Assembly (NCBI GenBank): GCA_003144275.1
Contig: NJBF01000001.1
Span: 30,001-62,000, forward strand
DNA from: Candidatus Heimdallarchaeota archaeon B3_Heim
GTDB lineage: Archaea; Asgardarchaeota; Heimdallarchaeia; Hodarchaeales; Hodarchaeaceae
Reading direction: 5' to 3'
DNA length: 32,000 nucleotides
Below are positions 1 through 8,914 of the stretch, piece after piece. Under the pieces are notes generated by a model that was not told the DNA's origin, searched no databases, and was given only the letters and a program-made list of their open reading frames with translations. The position numbers were made by a program, and so were the translations under genes. Within the stretch, counting starts at the first letter, position 1. Each line of letters begins with the position of its first letter.

Positions 1-827
1 ACAATAATTGGATAATCATTTAGGATCTCAAAAGCTCTTTTTATTAAATCTGCTTCATCTTTAAATCGAACAATATCAATTGATTGAGAATCATTATCAA
101 TTTCTTGACCTTTGTCTACCTCTTCTCTCTCCAAAACGAGCGCAAAGGCACCGTTCAAATTATCAGAGAAACAGATGCAGGTGATCCTATGCCTTGGATC
201 AGACGCTTGTGGAATCTGGTTTTCGGCATATTCGGTTTCGATATCACAAGATAAAATTGGGATATTGGGTATTTCTTGTGTGAAGTCGAAAACAAAATTA
301 TTCAAGAGTCCTTCATATTTGTCTAGGTGAGTCATTACAGTTGTTGGAAGCGTTAGATCAGAATTTTGAGTATCAGGAATGAAAAATTTCTTTTTTTCTG
401 CATTCCATCTGTATTTCCTACCTGGAACTAGTTGTTGGTCATAGAGCCAGTTACGATGATATTTTATTCTTGATTCCCAAGTTTCTCCTAATATCTCTCT
501 TACTTTCGGAACTTCACTGGGAGTAGGCGTGAATATTTGTGTAAACGTAGAATCTACATTGTGCAGTAAATCACGTTTTTCAATAGTAGCAAGTCGCTTA
601 ATGGTTCGTGAAGATATATTCCTTGCCTTAATATCCTGAATTGATTCCCTACTTAAACAATACGGTTCATGGTCAAATGGATCTGTAATATACACTATCT
701 TACCTTTCTTAATATCAAGAAACTTTATTCCTGCTCCGTTGCTCTTTGCATCATAGACTGTGCTTAATAACAAATAATCTTTATTCGCTTCCAGACCAAA
801 ATTATTTCCAGGTTCGATTTTACTCAT
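1..827 (-). CDS. polB1: Family B DNA polymerase, PolB1 type (N-terminal part; runs off the left edge)
   Basis: Not in ORF track because it has no stop in the window. Manual translation from ATG at 827 (AGGAG RBS at 836-840): MSKIEPGNNFGLEANKDYLLLSTVYDAKSNGAGIKFLD...DPFDHEPY...WESRIKYHRNWLYDQQLVPG...ILSCDIETEY...DEADLIKRAFEILNDYPIIV. Resembles the crenarchaeal PolB1 N-terminus and has the ExoI DIE motif. Confidence 0.9.
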   Translation of the reverse strand, partial: MSKIEPGNNFGLEANKDYLLLSTVYDAKSNGAGIKFLDIKKGKIVYITDPFDHEPYCLSRESIQDIKARNISSRTIKRLATIEKRDLLHNVDSTFTQIFTPTPSEVPKVREILGETWESRIKYHRNWLYDQQLVPGRKYRWNAEKKKFFIPDTQNSDLTLPTTVMTHLDKYEGLLNNFVFDFTQEIPNIPILSCDIETEYAENQIPQASDPRHRITCICFSDNLNGAFALVLEREEVDKGQEIDNDSQSIDIVRFKDEADLIKRAFEILNDYPII

Positions 828-1051
828 CTAGGAAACTCCTAGGTACTCTAAGACGCTATTGAATGACTGTTAACCTAATAGTTTATACTGAGATTACATA
901 ACTTTTATGTTTTTATCCTGAAACACCATTTCATTTTTCACTTAAAAAATAATTAAAAGGAAATTTTTTAATTCCTTCATATATATTCCAATCTAACACT
1001 CATAAATCAGTTTGAGGAAGCAAATATTGGTCAAGATGGAAGTGAACACAT

Positions 1052-1396
1052 TTGTCTCAAGGGGAATTAAATGCTAAAAAAATTGAAACTTTGACCAAAG
1101 TAGCTAGACTTCTAGGTGATCAGATTCAGGCTCAGAGTAGAGCAATAAATAAGATTCAAAATGAAATTGATTGGATAAAAGAATCTCTTAAAAGAATCAT
1201 TAATGAAGAATTACCTGTAAAAGCTGAAGTGTTCCAAACAGAAGATGAAATCACCCCTGAAACCCTACAAGCTCAGGAACCTAGCGTAATTTCTTTTTCA
1301 GAAGAAGAAGGAGATAAGACTGCATCAAAAACTAAAAAATTACCTTCTGAAAAAGAAGAACTTAGACAGGCATTAAAGATCATTGATAATCTTTAA
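1052..1396 (+). CDS. Hypothetical protein: N-terminal coiled coil, acidic linker, C-terminal amphipathic helix
   Basis: 114-aa ORF with TTG start, divergent from polB1; heptad pattern in LGDQIQAQSRAINKIQNEIDWIKESLKRII; ends EKEELRQALKIIDNL. Confidence 0.7.
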   Translation: MSQGELNAKKIETLTKVARLLGDQIQAQSRAINKIQNEIDWIKESLKRIINEELPVKAEVFQTEDEITPETLQAQEPSVISFSEEEGDKTASKTKKLPSEKEELRQALKIIDNL

Positions 1397-1437
1397 AAAT
1401 AACTCAGTGAACTCTTGAAGAGTCTCGAGAGTAAAAT

Positions 1438-3111
1438 CTAGCGTAGAATATAGCGTACAAGTTGCTTAATATCTAAGGGAATCCCTTCTTTATTCCCTAA
1501 TATGGTATTAGTGTAAGATCCGATTAGATCGGACCATTCCCATCTATCCAATTGGTATAGTTCTTCTTCTGGGGATTCTATCACTTTAATGATCCGTCTA
1601 TCAACATAATCATTCAATCGTCTTTGCAAATCCAATCTCTTTTCTGCAGGAATCCCTAGGATTTGGCTAATCTTTTCCTTTGATAGTGGTTGGTTGGTTC
1701 CCAGAAGAAAGAGGATCCAATTATCAGGAGACGCTAACAACGCTTTTACCACAGGACGGAGATCTATATCCATCCCAACTGAAACACCACCTGCTTTCAT
1801 CGTGATTTCTTTGGTAACTTTGTAGCTTAGCTCTTTACCCCCATCACCTTGCTCTTTTAAATTCACAAGGCGTTCTTTTAATAGATTAACTTCCTCACGA
1901 AGATTTGCAATGTCAGATGTTATTACCATACTGTCAGAGCTTTCTTCTAAAATTTCAGGTGAAACTGTTCCCCCTTCTCTCAATAGATTCTTTAATTCTT
2001 CATTTTCCTGCCTTGTATCGATTAATATTCTTTCAAATTCTAATAATTTCTCAGATAAGTCTTCAGCGAGTCGTTCATCAATTGCCCTAGACCAAGAAAG
2101 TTTTTCGTGAGTACTTTGTGTTGTCCCTACAAGCTCTACTTCCAAATCCTCCTTGATTGCTTCTAATTCCTTTATACGCGCTTCTTGGCTCAATATTTTG
2201 TCTTTCAGCCTGTTTACTATCGATGCAGTATTTAAAATGACCTTGTTATCATCCACATTTGGAATTCGATAAACGGGTACTACACTTCCCCTATCCCAAA
2301 TTGATGCGGTTTCATACCTAACCCCCAACTTCTCAATCAACTTAGCAATTTCACGAGTTTCATCATTATATCTGAACATGAATAAATTTTCCTCGTCACC
2401 CTCAAACCTGTATAATCGAGAGAACTTCAGCCATATTGTGACAAAATCCAAAATATCCTGTTCATCTTTACATTTGGAGACAGAAAGGATTATTTGGGGA
2501 AAGCTGGCTTGGAATTCTCCAGTAAACGCTTTAACAACCGCAGAGCAAAGCTGTACAGGAATTTTAACATAAAAACCTCTTTGATTCTGTGCAAGTTCGC
2601 CATCAGGACATAAGTTCACATCAAAAACAGAATCAAATGTTTCAATAAAACTCTCAATTTTTCCTCTTTGATCAGTTTGGTAGGTACCAGTCTGAAATAC
2701 ATTCTTGGATAGTGTAAATAAGCCGAGAAGCTTAGCTAAAGAATTGCTCTTAGTTTTTACTGGAAGTTTTATTGGAAGCTGGCTCTTTTTATTCCCTATA
2801 CTAGTGACTGTGAAGGAGGTCATAAAAAGTTCTCGTTCATTTTCAACTAATATGCGAAGTGTTGACAGAGGGATGGTCATTTTTGGATTTGAACGATATC
2901 GTGACCATTGTGTTCGACTTACAACTGGACCCAACGCTTTTTGCATTCTACTATTTTGGAATACGAATCGACGTCCAGCTAATGAAAGATTTACTCGGGC
3001 CTCGTCTGGAAAGTTCTTTAATGACAACCATTCCTCGATTTCATGATCCATATCAAGTCTTGATCGTCTCTTAAAGACTTCTTCATGTAATTCTAATTTT
3101 TCGGACTCCAA
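1438..3111 (-). CDS. HTH + degenerate LAGLIDADG-like domain + coiled coil + C-terminal winged helix protein
   Basis: 557-aa ORF. VSRTQWSRYR..IPLSTLRIL (HTH-like); SLAKLLGLFTLSK and ILDFVTIWLKFS at the positions of the two LAGLIDADG helices; REIAKLIEKLGV; heptads about aa 297-420; LSKEKISQILGI...LNDYVDRRIIKV (winged helix). The CDS is secure, the domain call is by eye. Confidence 0.65.
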   Translation of the reverse strand: MESEKLELHEEVFKRRSRLDMDHEIEEWLSLKNFPDEARVNLSLAGRRFVFQNSRMQKALGPVVSRTQWSRYRSNPKMTIPLSTLRILVENERELFMTSFTVTSIGNKKSQLPIKLPVKTKSNSLAKLLGLFTLSKNVFQTGTYQTDQRGKIESFIETFDSVFDVNLCPDGELAQNQRGFYVKIPVQLCSAVVKAFTGEFQASFPQIILSVSKCKDEQDILDFVTIWLKFSRLYRFEGDEENLFMFRYNDETREIAKLIEKLGVRYETASIWDRGSVVPVYRIPNVDDNKVILNTASIVNRLKDKILSQEARIKELEAIKEDLEVELVGTTQSTHEKLSWSRAIDERLAEDLSEKLLEFERILIDTRQENEELKNLLREGGTVSPEILEESSDSMVITSDIANLREEVNLLKERLVNLKEQGDGGKELSYKVTKEITMKAGGVSVGMDIDLRPVVKALLASPDNWILFLLGTNQPLSKEKISQILGIPAEKRLDLQRRLNDYVDRRIIKVIESPEEELYQLDRWEWSDLIGSYTNTILGNKEGIPLDIKQLVRYILR

Positions 3112-3297
3112 ATTTTGACCTCACCCTGAAGGTGATCACGGTACTATTATGATCTTCTAATCTTATTTATTAAGCTAACAAATTCTTACTTGAATGATAA
3201 ATGTTTCTTTTCTGATGTGTTTATAATAACTAACTAAGACTGCACCAGTGGCACAGTCATAATTTTTATGGCTGAAGAAATTCATTTGAGGTAGTTT

Positions 3298-4074
3298 ATG
3301 ATGATTAGTCTTTACTTGGCATTATTAGATCCCATTTTTGACCTATTCCTGCTCATTTGGACATCATTAAATGATATCCTCATAGATCTTGTTGAGACTT
3401 TTGGAGTTTGGGGGCTTATATTCGCCATGGTTTTTCAATCCATTGTTGCTCCAATTATATCTGAAGCAGTATTGACTGCAGCAGGATTTGGGTTTTATAA
3501 TGCCTATGGGAACGAAGGTTTATTTTTAGCTTTTATTGGAGGGTTTATTGGTTCTCTCCTTGGAGCAGTAATCGCATTTTATATTGCACGGGGAGTACAA
3601 TCATTATTGAGAAAGAAGATAGTTGATGTTTACGGAACTAAAAAAGAGGACTCAGATTCTGAACTTAATCAAAGGAATCCACGTTTAACACGATTAGCCA
3701 ATTTCCTTGCTCGGTTTATTGATGAAGATTCCGAATATTTTTTAGATTTAATTGAAAATCATGGTTTTCTGTTCGTATTAATTGGACGCCTAGCTCCATT
3801 TATCCCCTTTGATGCTGTTTCTTACGGGGCTGGTTTTACTCGGATAAGTTTCTGGAATTATTTTATCCCAACAATTATTGGAACGATTCCTAGGGTCTTA
3901 TTTTATATTTATTTGGGTGCAGAGTTAGTTTCATGGGCTGAAGAAGATTTAAATATTTTCTTTCTAATCCTCTTAGCCTTTTCCCTAATAATATTCAGTT
4001 TATATATGATAAGTATGCGTTTCCTAAAAAATAGGATCGGAAGAAAACAGGATATCGATAAATCTCGTAACTAA
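3298..4074 (+). CDS. VTT domain (TVP38/TMEM64, DedA-like) membrane protein
   Basis: Hydrophobic 258 aa with QSIVAPIISE, GSLLGAVIAFYIAR, LIGRLAPFIPFDAVSYGAG and GTIPR motifs. Confidence 0.9.
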   Translation: MMISLYLALLDPIFDLFLLIWTSLNDILIDLVETFGVWGLIFAMVFQSIVAPIISEAVLTAAGFGFYNAYGNEGLFLAFIGGFIGSLLGAVIAFYIARGVQSLLRKKIVDVYGTKKEDSDSELNQRNPRLTRLANFLARFIDEDSEYFLDLIENHGFLFVLIGRLAPFIPFDAVSYGAGFTRISFWNYFIPTIIGTIPRVLFYIYLGAELVSWAEEDLNIFFLILLAFSLIIFSLYMISMRFLKNRIGRKQDIDKSRN

Positions 4075-4180
4075 TTAAATTAGTGGAAAAAACGTCTTAA
4101 AAATAAACATCAGGGAGTTTGTGAACCCCCTCCCTTGCCTGAAAATCATATCGGCTATAAGTGAATATTTATAGACCTTA

Positions 4181-4558
4181 TCACATTAGAATAGCGTCTA
4201 CGGTCCCACTTTGTCCAGGACGAGAAGTTACACGAGCTTTTCCTTTATCAGTTTGAATAATAGCTCCCTTGGTAATGATTTTTCGTCTAGCAAAGTCTCT
4301 ATTTGCGGGATTAGCTTCTACATCTAGTATTTCTACTTTTTCAGATGTTTTTTTATCTGGACGAGAGAGATTTGCGTATTTATGAGCTAACAGACGAATT
4401 TTTCGATTTCCTCCACGTGTTCTTATCATCTTACTTCTTTGATCGCTAAGAACTGTGAGCGCGGGTGGGCGGGATAGATCCCGTTTTTTCTTTTTAATCG
4501 CTGTGTGATAACGTCCACCGCTGGGTTTACGAACGGACCGTTTTTGTGATCGTGCCAT
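4181..4558 (-). CDS. rps8e: 30S ribosomal protein S8e
   Basis: KPSGGR, RTRGGNRKIR, ANPANRDFARRKIITKGAII, VTSRPGQSGTVDAIL. Confidence 0.97.
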   Translation of the reverse strand: MARSQKRSVRKPSGGRYHTAIKKKKRDLSRPPALTVLSDQRSKMIRTRGGNRKIRLLAHKYANLSRPDKKTSEKVEILDVEANPANRDFARRKIITKGAIIQTDKGKARVTSRPGQSGTVDAILM

Positions 4559-4636
4559 TAATATCTCCTCTGATTGTTATACGCAAGAGTATATTAGAAA
4601 GCCATTTATGTGGGCTTCTTCAATATTTGGGCAATC

Positions 4637-4963
4637 TTAACTTCGCTTATATCTTTCCTCTCTTTGTCTCTTCTTCCTGTCTAGATATTTTTTCGACTTC
4701 TTACGCTTTATTTTCTCATGGGTGACTATTTCATCATTTATCTGAACACGTTCGTAAGCCGCTTTACTTGCAGATATAACAATCCATGGACTTTGAGTTG
4801 AGCCAATCGCTTCGACTACCTCTCCAAGGGATTTTGATTTCCCTTCTATATCAACAAATGCTTTGGATCCTATTTTAGGTAAATTTATTCCTTTCAATTG
4901 AACAAGTACTTTTCCTTGTGTCTTAACAGTGCATTTACCGATTCGCATGGATGAGGGTGTCAT
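4637..4963 (-). CDS. gar1: H/ACA RNP component Gar1/Naf1 family
   Basis: PKIGSKAFVD...LGEVVEAIGSTQSPWIVI pattern with basic tail; upstream of rps8e. Confidence 0.8.
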   Translation of the reverse strand: MTPSSMRIGKCTVKTQGKVLVQLKGINLPKIGSKAFVDIEGKSKSLGEVVEAIGSTQSPWIVISASKAAYERVQINDEIVTHEKIKRKKSKKYLDRKKRQREERYKRS

Positions 4964-5100
4964 AAGATTTCCCGGTTAACGTGAAATTGTGAATCATCTT
5001 TCAATATTTGCCTTGCATTTGTTAATAATCTCTTGTTGGTTTTTTTGCAGCAAGTAAGAAAGAAGAAAAACTAAATTTATTGGTTTGTGCTTCCTAAGTA

Positions 5101-6345
5101 ATGTGGAGAAAACAAAGTATGAATTCTTTTGATGTCATTATTATTGGAGGAGGGCCAACAGGTCTTTCTACTGCCATTACAATCGCAAAAAAAAGTGATC
5201 TCAAAGTCTTAGTCTTAGAAGAGCATTCTGAAATTGGAAACCCCCTAGCTTGTGGTGAGGGAATTTCCACAAAGAAGTTATTAACATTAGAAAATATGCC
5301 TCGGGTTTCCCAAGAAATTGACGGTTCGATATTAAAATTTCAGAAAGAAGGATCCTTTATCGAGCGTGAAATTATTTCACAGCGCTTTTTTTTTGATACA
5401 GCGGGTGTAGCTACCTCAAATCTAAATACAGTAACAATTAATCGTCCTTTATTTGATAAGCTCCTCGCAAAAGAAGCTGAAGAGCACGCAGCAACAATTC
5501 AATTAAAATCCCAAGTCTTAGGAATCACGAAGAAAGACCAAAAGTTGGAAGTTAAAACTCAAGAAAAAACTTTTTCGGCTCCACTGGTAATTGGATGTGA
5601 TGGCCCATCAGCCCACAGTGTACAGATGATGAATTTGTCACCACCAACTGAGTATGTACAAGGGATAGAATATAAGATTGAGGGTGTACATACTGATGCA
5701 TTAGATTTCTATTTTAATTTTAGAGAGTTCCCTAAAATGCATTATGGGTGGGTTTTTCCTAAAAAATCACATACAAACGTTGGGATTGTCACTGATACAG
5801 CTTCAAAACCGAAAAAAATGCTAGTAAAATTCGTAGATTATTTAAATAATTCAAATATGAAAAAAAGCGAAATTCTAAAAGAAATTGCTGGAATTATACC
5901 TGCTAGTGGCCCTATTCCTAAAAAATATTGCGATAATTACATGGTAGCAGGAGATGCAGCAGGAATGACAAATTCTATTTTTTATGGGGGAATTGCTATT
6001 GGTATTCATACAGGAATGCTTGCAGGAGAAACTGCAATCAAGGCGCATGAATCTCAAAGATTTGATGATGAGTTCCTCTCGAAATATCAAATACGATTGG
6101 ATTCTTGTCCATATTCGGATCCAGTGATTCAAAAAGCTCATGAACTATTATATAACAAATTTTCACCAGAAGATATTGAAACATTTGGGTCTTTTTTAGA
6201 TGGCTGGGACATAACAATGATTTCTAAGTTTCAAAAAATAATTTTACTGTTAAAAGCGTTGAAAAAACCTTCCACGCTTAGACGCATCAATGAGATTCGT
6301 ACAGTTGCACATGGCTTTAGTAAAAGCCGAGACTGGGGATTCTAA
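5101..6345 (+). CDS. Geranylgeranyl reductase family FAD-dependent oxidoreductase
   Basis: GGGPTG FAD motif, LACGEGIS, INRPLFDK, YGWVFPK, AGDAAG...YGGI. Confidence 0.92.
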   Translation: MWRKQSMNSFDVIIIGGGPTGLSTAITIAKKSDLKVLVLEEHSEIGNPLACGEGISTKKLLTLENMPRVSQEIDGSILKFQKEGSFIEREIISQRFFFDTAGVATSNLNTVTINRPLFDKLLAKEAEEHAATIQLKSQVLGITKKDQKLEVKTQEKTFSAPLVIGCDGPSAHSVQMMNLSPPTEYVQGIEYKIEGVHTDALDFYFNFREFPKMHYGWVFPKKSHTNVGIVTDTASKPKKMLVKFVDYLNNSNMKKSEILKEIAGIIPASGPIPKKYCDNYMVAGDAAGMTNSIFYGGIAIGIHTGMLAGETAIKAHESQRFDDEFLSKYQIRLDSCPYSDPVIQKAHELLYNKFSPEDIETFGSFLDGWDITMISKFQKIILLLKALKKPSTLRRINEIRTVAHGFSKSRDWGF

Positions 6346-6375
6346 CTAGGATTATGACCAGAATAGCACCTTTAC

Positions 6376-6399
6376 ATTGTTAAGTCAAGACTTAATAAT
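6376..6399. promoter_or_regulatory. Inverted repeat, candidate transcription factor site
   Basis: ATTG-TTAAGTC-AA-GACTTAA-TAAT: perfect 7-bp arms, 11-bp arms with one mismatch, about 85 bp upstream of the 48-aa ORF. Confidence 0.4.
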
Positions 6400-6483
6400 C
6401 CCATGTCGGTCAGTGGAAAAATGTCAGAACTCGTCAGAAAAAGCCAGTAATAACTCAAATAATACATACGAGGAATCTTAGAA

Positions 6484-6630
6484 ATGAAAAGTAATGCAAA
6501 AGCCTTCATTGCCTTTAGTATGGGAATAATTCTCCTTGCAACGGCAATATCAGAGGGTCAATTTGGAGACATTGCTGATTTGATAGTAGAAATCACTTCA
6601 AGTGCAATTGCAGGTATTCCAACACCATAG
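6484..6630 (+). CDS. Small membrane protein (48 aa), CD1871A-like but without CxxC
   Basis: Not in ORF track. MKSNAKAFIAFSMGIILLATAISEGQFGDIADLIVEITSSAIAGIPTP*; GAGGA upstream; one hydrophobic helix; ends 9 nt before the 4Fe-4S gene. Confidence 0.7.
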   Translation: MKSNAKAFIAFSMGIILLATAISEGQFGDIADLIVEITSSAIAGIPTP

Positions 6631-6639
6631 GCGATCAAA

Positions 6640-7551
6640 ATGACATGGCACAAGAAAGGCAAAGCAAATTTGACAAAACTCCGTCTTCTGAGGACTTTTG
6701 TCCAATTTATTATGTTTTTACTAATGAATTTATCCTTTTTTTTAATTGGTGCAACTTGGCTAGTTTTACCAGTAGTAATGCCCAAATCAATATTCACCAC
6801 TTCAGAAGGGGCATTTGATCTCCTTCAGCGTATGCTTACTACCGCTATTATTCCATTAATTCCACTGGCGTCTTTTTTCTTGATTGGAGCCGTTTTTGGA
6901 AGGATGTTTTGCTCTTGGGGATGCCCATTCGGTTTATTTCAGGATATAATTGGTTTCTTAACCTCTAGATTCAACAAATATGAACCTACAAAAGATACAA
7001 ATGATAGTTATAGACAGATAGGGGAATTTATTGTTGGAGGATCTGTTTTAGTATCAGTTGTGATTGGCATTGGAATAGGATTGGGTGATGCAGAACAGGT
7101 AAAAGCATCTTTTGGGGTTTTTTCTGAGCAACCTTGGACTGCTTTAAGCCCCGCGACTTTCTTGTTTACGGTGATTCCTTTACTCTTCTACTGGGGAACT
7201 ATTGATACCTTTTTTAGTTGGGAAACGTTTGTTCAAATAGATATATTTTTCTGGATCCGCTTTTTAATCTTCGCAGGCGGGTTAATACTTATCATCTACG
7301 TTCCCCGAGGTTGGTGCCGATGGTTTTGTCCTGTAGGAATTATCATGGGCCAATTAGGCAAGAATTCTATGATAGGCGTTGGTAGAAACATCTCAAAATG
7401 TACCCATTGTGGTATATGTGAAGATGTTTGTCCAATGGGTGTTCGAATTTTATCTCATCCTCCAGAGAAAGTTCGAAGTGAGCATTGTACAAATTGTCTA
7501 GATTGTGTAGCAGCGTGCCCTGAAGATGCTATGGAAATTAAATTCCTCTAA
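6640..7551 (+). CDS. NapH/MauN-like membrane 4Fe-4S binding protein
   Basis: GRMFCSWGCPFG and RGWCRWFCPVG motifs, two CxxCxxCxxxCP clusters (CTHCGICEDVCP, CTNCLDCVAACP), several TM segments. Confidence 0.92.
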   Translation: MTWHKKGKANLTKLRLLRTFVQFIMFLLMNLSFFLIGATWLVLPVVMPKSIFTTSEGAFDLLQRMLTTAIIPLIPLASFFLIGAVFGRMFCSWGCPFGLFQDIIGFLTSRFNKYEPTKDTNDSYRQIGEFIVGGSVLVSVVIGIGIGLGDAEQVKASFGVFSEQPWTALSPATFLFTVIPLLFYWGTIDTFFSWETFVQIDIFFWIRFLIFAGGLILIIYVPRGWCRWFCPVGIIMGQLGKNSMIGVGRNISKCTHCGICEDVCPMGVRILSHPPEKVRSEHCTNCLDCVAACPEDAMEIKFL

Positions 7552-7592
7552 ATCAGGACACAAATGCTTTCTTTAAACGGAAAAGATTCTTC

Positions 7593-7841
7593 TTAACCCC
7601 AACGAAGGCGATCTATTTCACGATCTTTCTTCAACTTCTTCTTTATCTTTCTGTAGTGATCGCTGCATAAATGTGCTTTCGTTACTTTATCTTTAACTGA
7701 TAAATTCAGTCCAGCTTCTTTAATTGCAGCACCAGCTTTTTCTTTGGAAACAGTTTTCTTGCTCTCATTTGAGCAACCTTCTACATTGCAATTTTTCTTT
7801 CCTGGAATTTTTCTCACATCGCTCTCAAAATTCTTTATCAT
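7593..7841 (-). CDS. Small basic putative zinc-binding protein (CxxxxC...CxxH)
   Basis: CNVEGC...HLCSDHYRKIKK; resembles a small conserved archaeal hypothetical family; start overlaps the upstream stop as ATGA (7838-7841). Confidence 0.75.
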   Translation of the reverse strand: MIKNFESDVRKIPGKKNCNVEGCSNESKKTVSKEKAGAAIKEAGLNLSVKDKVTKAHLCSDHYRKIKKKLKKDREIDRLRWG

Positions 7842-8599
7842 AAATAAGGGGCAAGTTCAATATGACCAGGACTAGGTTGAAAAGAGAATTTGGCATATTC
7901 TAACTCTGATAGTGACATTCCAGGAACCTTTATTATCTGAAGAATGTCTGTTGGAGAAGGTTCTTTGCCATCAGAAGTCTCTTTTGTTAACCTAAGCACT
8001 CCATCACAATAATGTTCCACAGCTTGTATTATACGAGGAGAATGAACATCTCTGTGAAGTGTAAGAATGCTTACAATTCCCATTTCCTTATCAGTGGCTA
8101 TCTTATGTTGTAAAAACGCCATTGGCGCTTTAAGACTTTCTGATACAAGTAGGATTGTTGTTAATGAATCAAGAACACCTCGAACAGGTTGGGAACGAAC
8201 GTGCAGTAATGCTCTTCTAATTTGATCAGTTACTTCTCTAGGTTGTGTAATATCACGAATAACATTTTCTCCTGCAGTGCTCGGTCTTCCTTCAGAATAA
8301 CCAAAAGGATTTGAAAAAGCGTCCAAGAAAACAAGTCGTTTTGTTTCAAATGTAACTTCAGAAATATTATAGGGAACAAATAGAGGGGAATAATGCGAGA
8401 ATAGATGCTCTGTTGATAAAATATATCCATATTCACCTGTTCTTAATCCTTCAGACAAAAACTGTACAAGAATATGTTCTGTATTTATACCTACTTCATC
8501 TTCCACCAATATTATGGATCCACGAGGAACCCCTCCACCTAAAGCGTCATCTAAGAGCGGAATTCCAAATTTAGCACGATCTTCCATTGACATTTTCAA
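7838..8599 (-). CDS. KaiC/RAD55-like RecA-fold protein with degenerate Walker A
   Basis: FGIPLLDDALGGGVPRGSIILV, GEYGYILSTE, LVFLDAF, GVLDSLT, VEHYCDGVLRL. The P-loop position reads EDEVGINT rather than GxxGxGKT. Confidence 0.85.
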   Translation of the reverse strand: MKMSMEDRAKFGIPLLDDALGGGVPRGSIILVEDEVGINTEHILVQFLSEGLRTGEYGYILSTEHLFSHYSPLFVPYNISEVTFETKRLVFLDAFSNPFGYSEGRPSTAGENVIRDITQPREVTDQIRRALLHVRSQPVRGVLDSLTTILLVSESLKAPMAFLQHKIATDKEMGIVSILTLHRDVHSPRIIQAVEHYCDGVLRLTKETSDGKEPSPTDILQIIKVPGMSLSELEYAKFSFQPSPGHIELAPYL

Positions 8600-8914
8600 A
8601 TCTCCACACTATTCTTTGCTGATCAAGTAATTTAAAAATCTGTAAATATCTGATAGTATGTACTTTTTTCTTTGTTTGATGCTCAGTCTTTTTCATTTTC
8701 GATGATTTAAGAACTACCTATATCGTGACCTTAAAAGACTGTCTGTTTTATTTACCAGAATGTTGAATATATTTGGCTTAACAAGAGGTAGATTAATTAT
8801 CTGGCAATTTATAAATAAATTTACCCAATTGCTTACTTGAGGTTTGGAGTAGACTCTCTGAATCACTAAAATAAGGAATGATGCGAACTTAACAATTGTC
8901 GGAGTCAAATAAGA

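Noticed and set aside
112-330. 72-aa plus-strand ORF
   Set aside because: Antisense shadow of polB1.
1905-3074. Plus-strand ORFs 1905, 1910, 2378, 2705, 2859
   Set aside because: Antisense to the 557-aa CDS, no motifs.
4075-4180. Possible SECIS, C/D sRNA or SRP RNA next to rps8e
   Set aside because: Too short for SRP RNA, no proper ATGA/GA helix, imperfect C box, and no UGA-containing gene nearby.
6558-6800. 80-aa minus-strand ORF
   Set aside because: Antisense to the micro-ORF and the 4Fe-4S gene.
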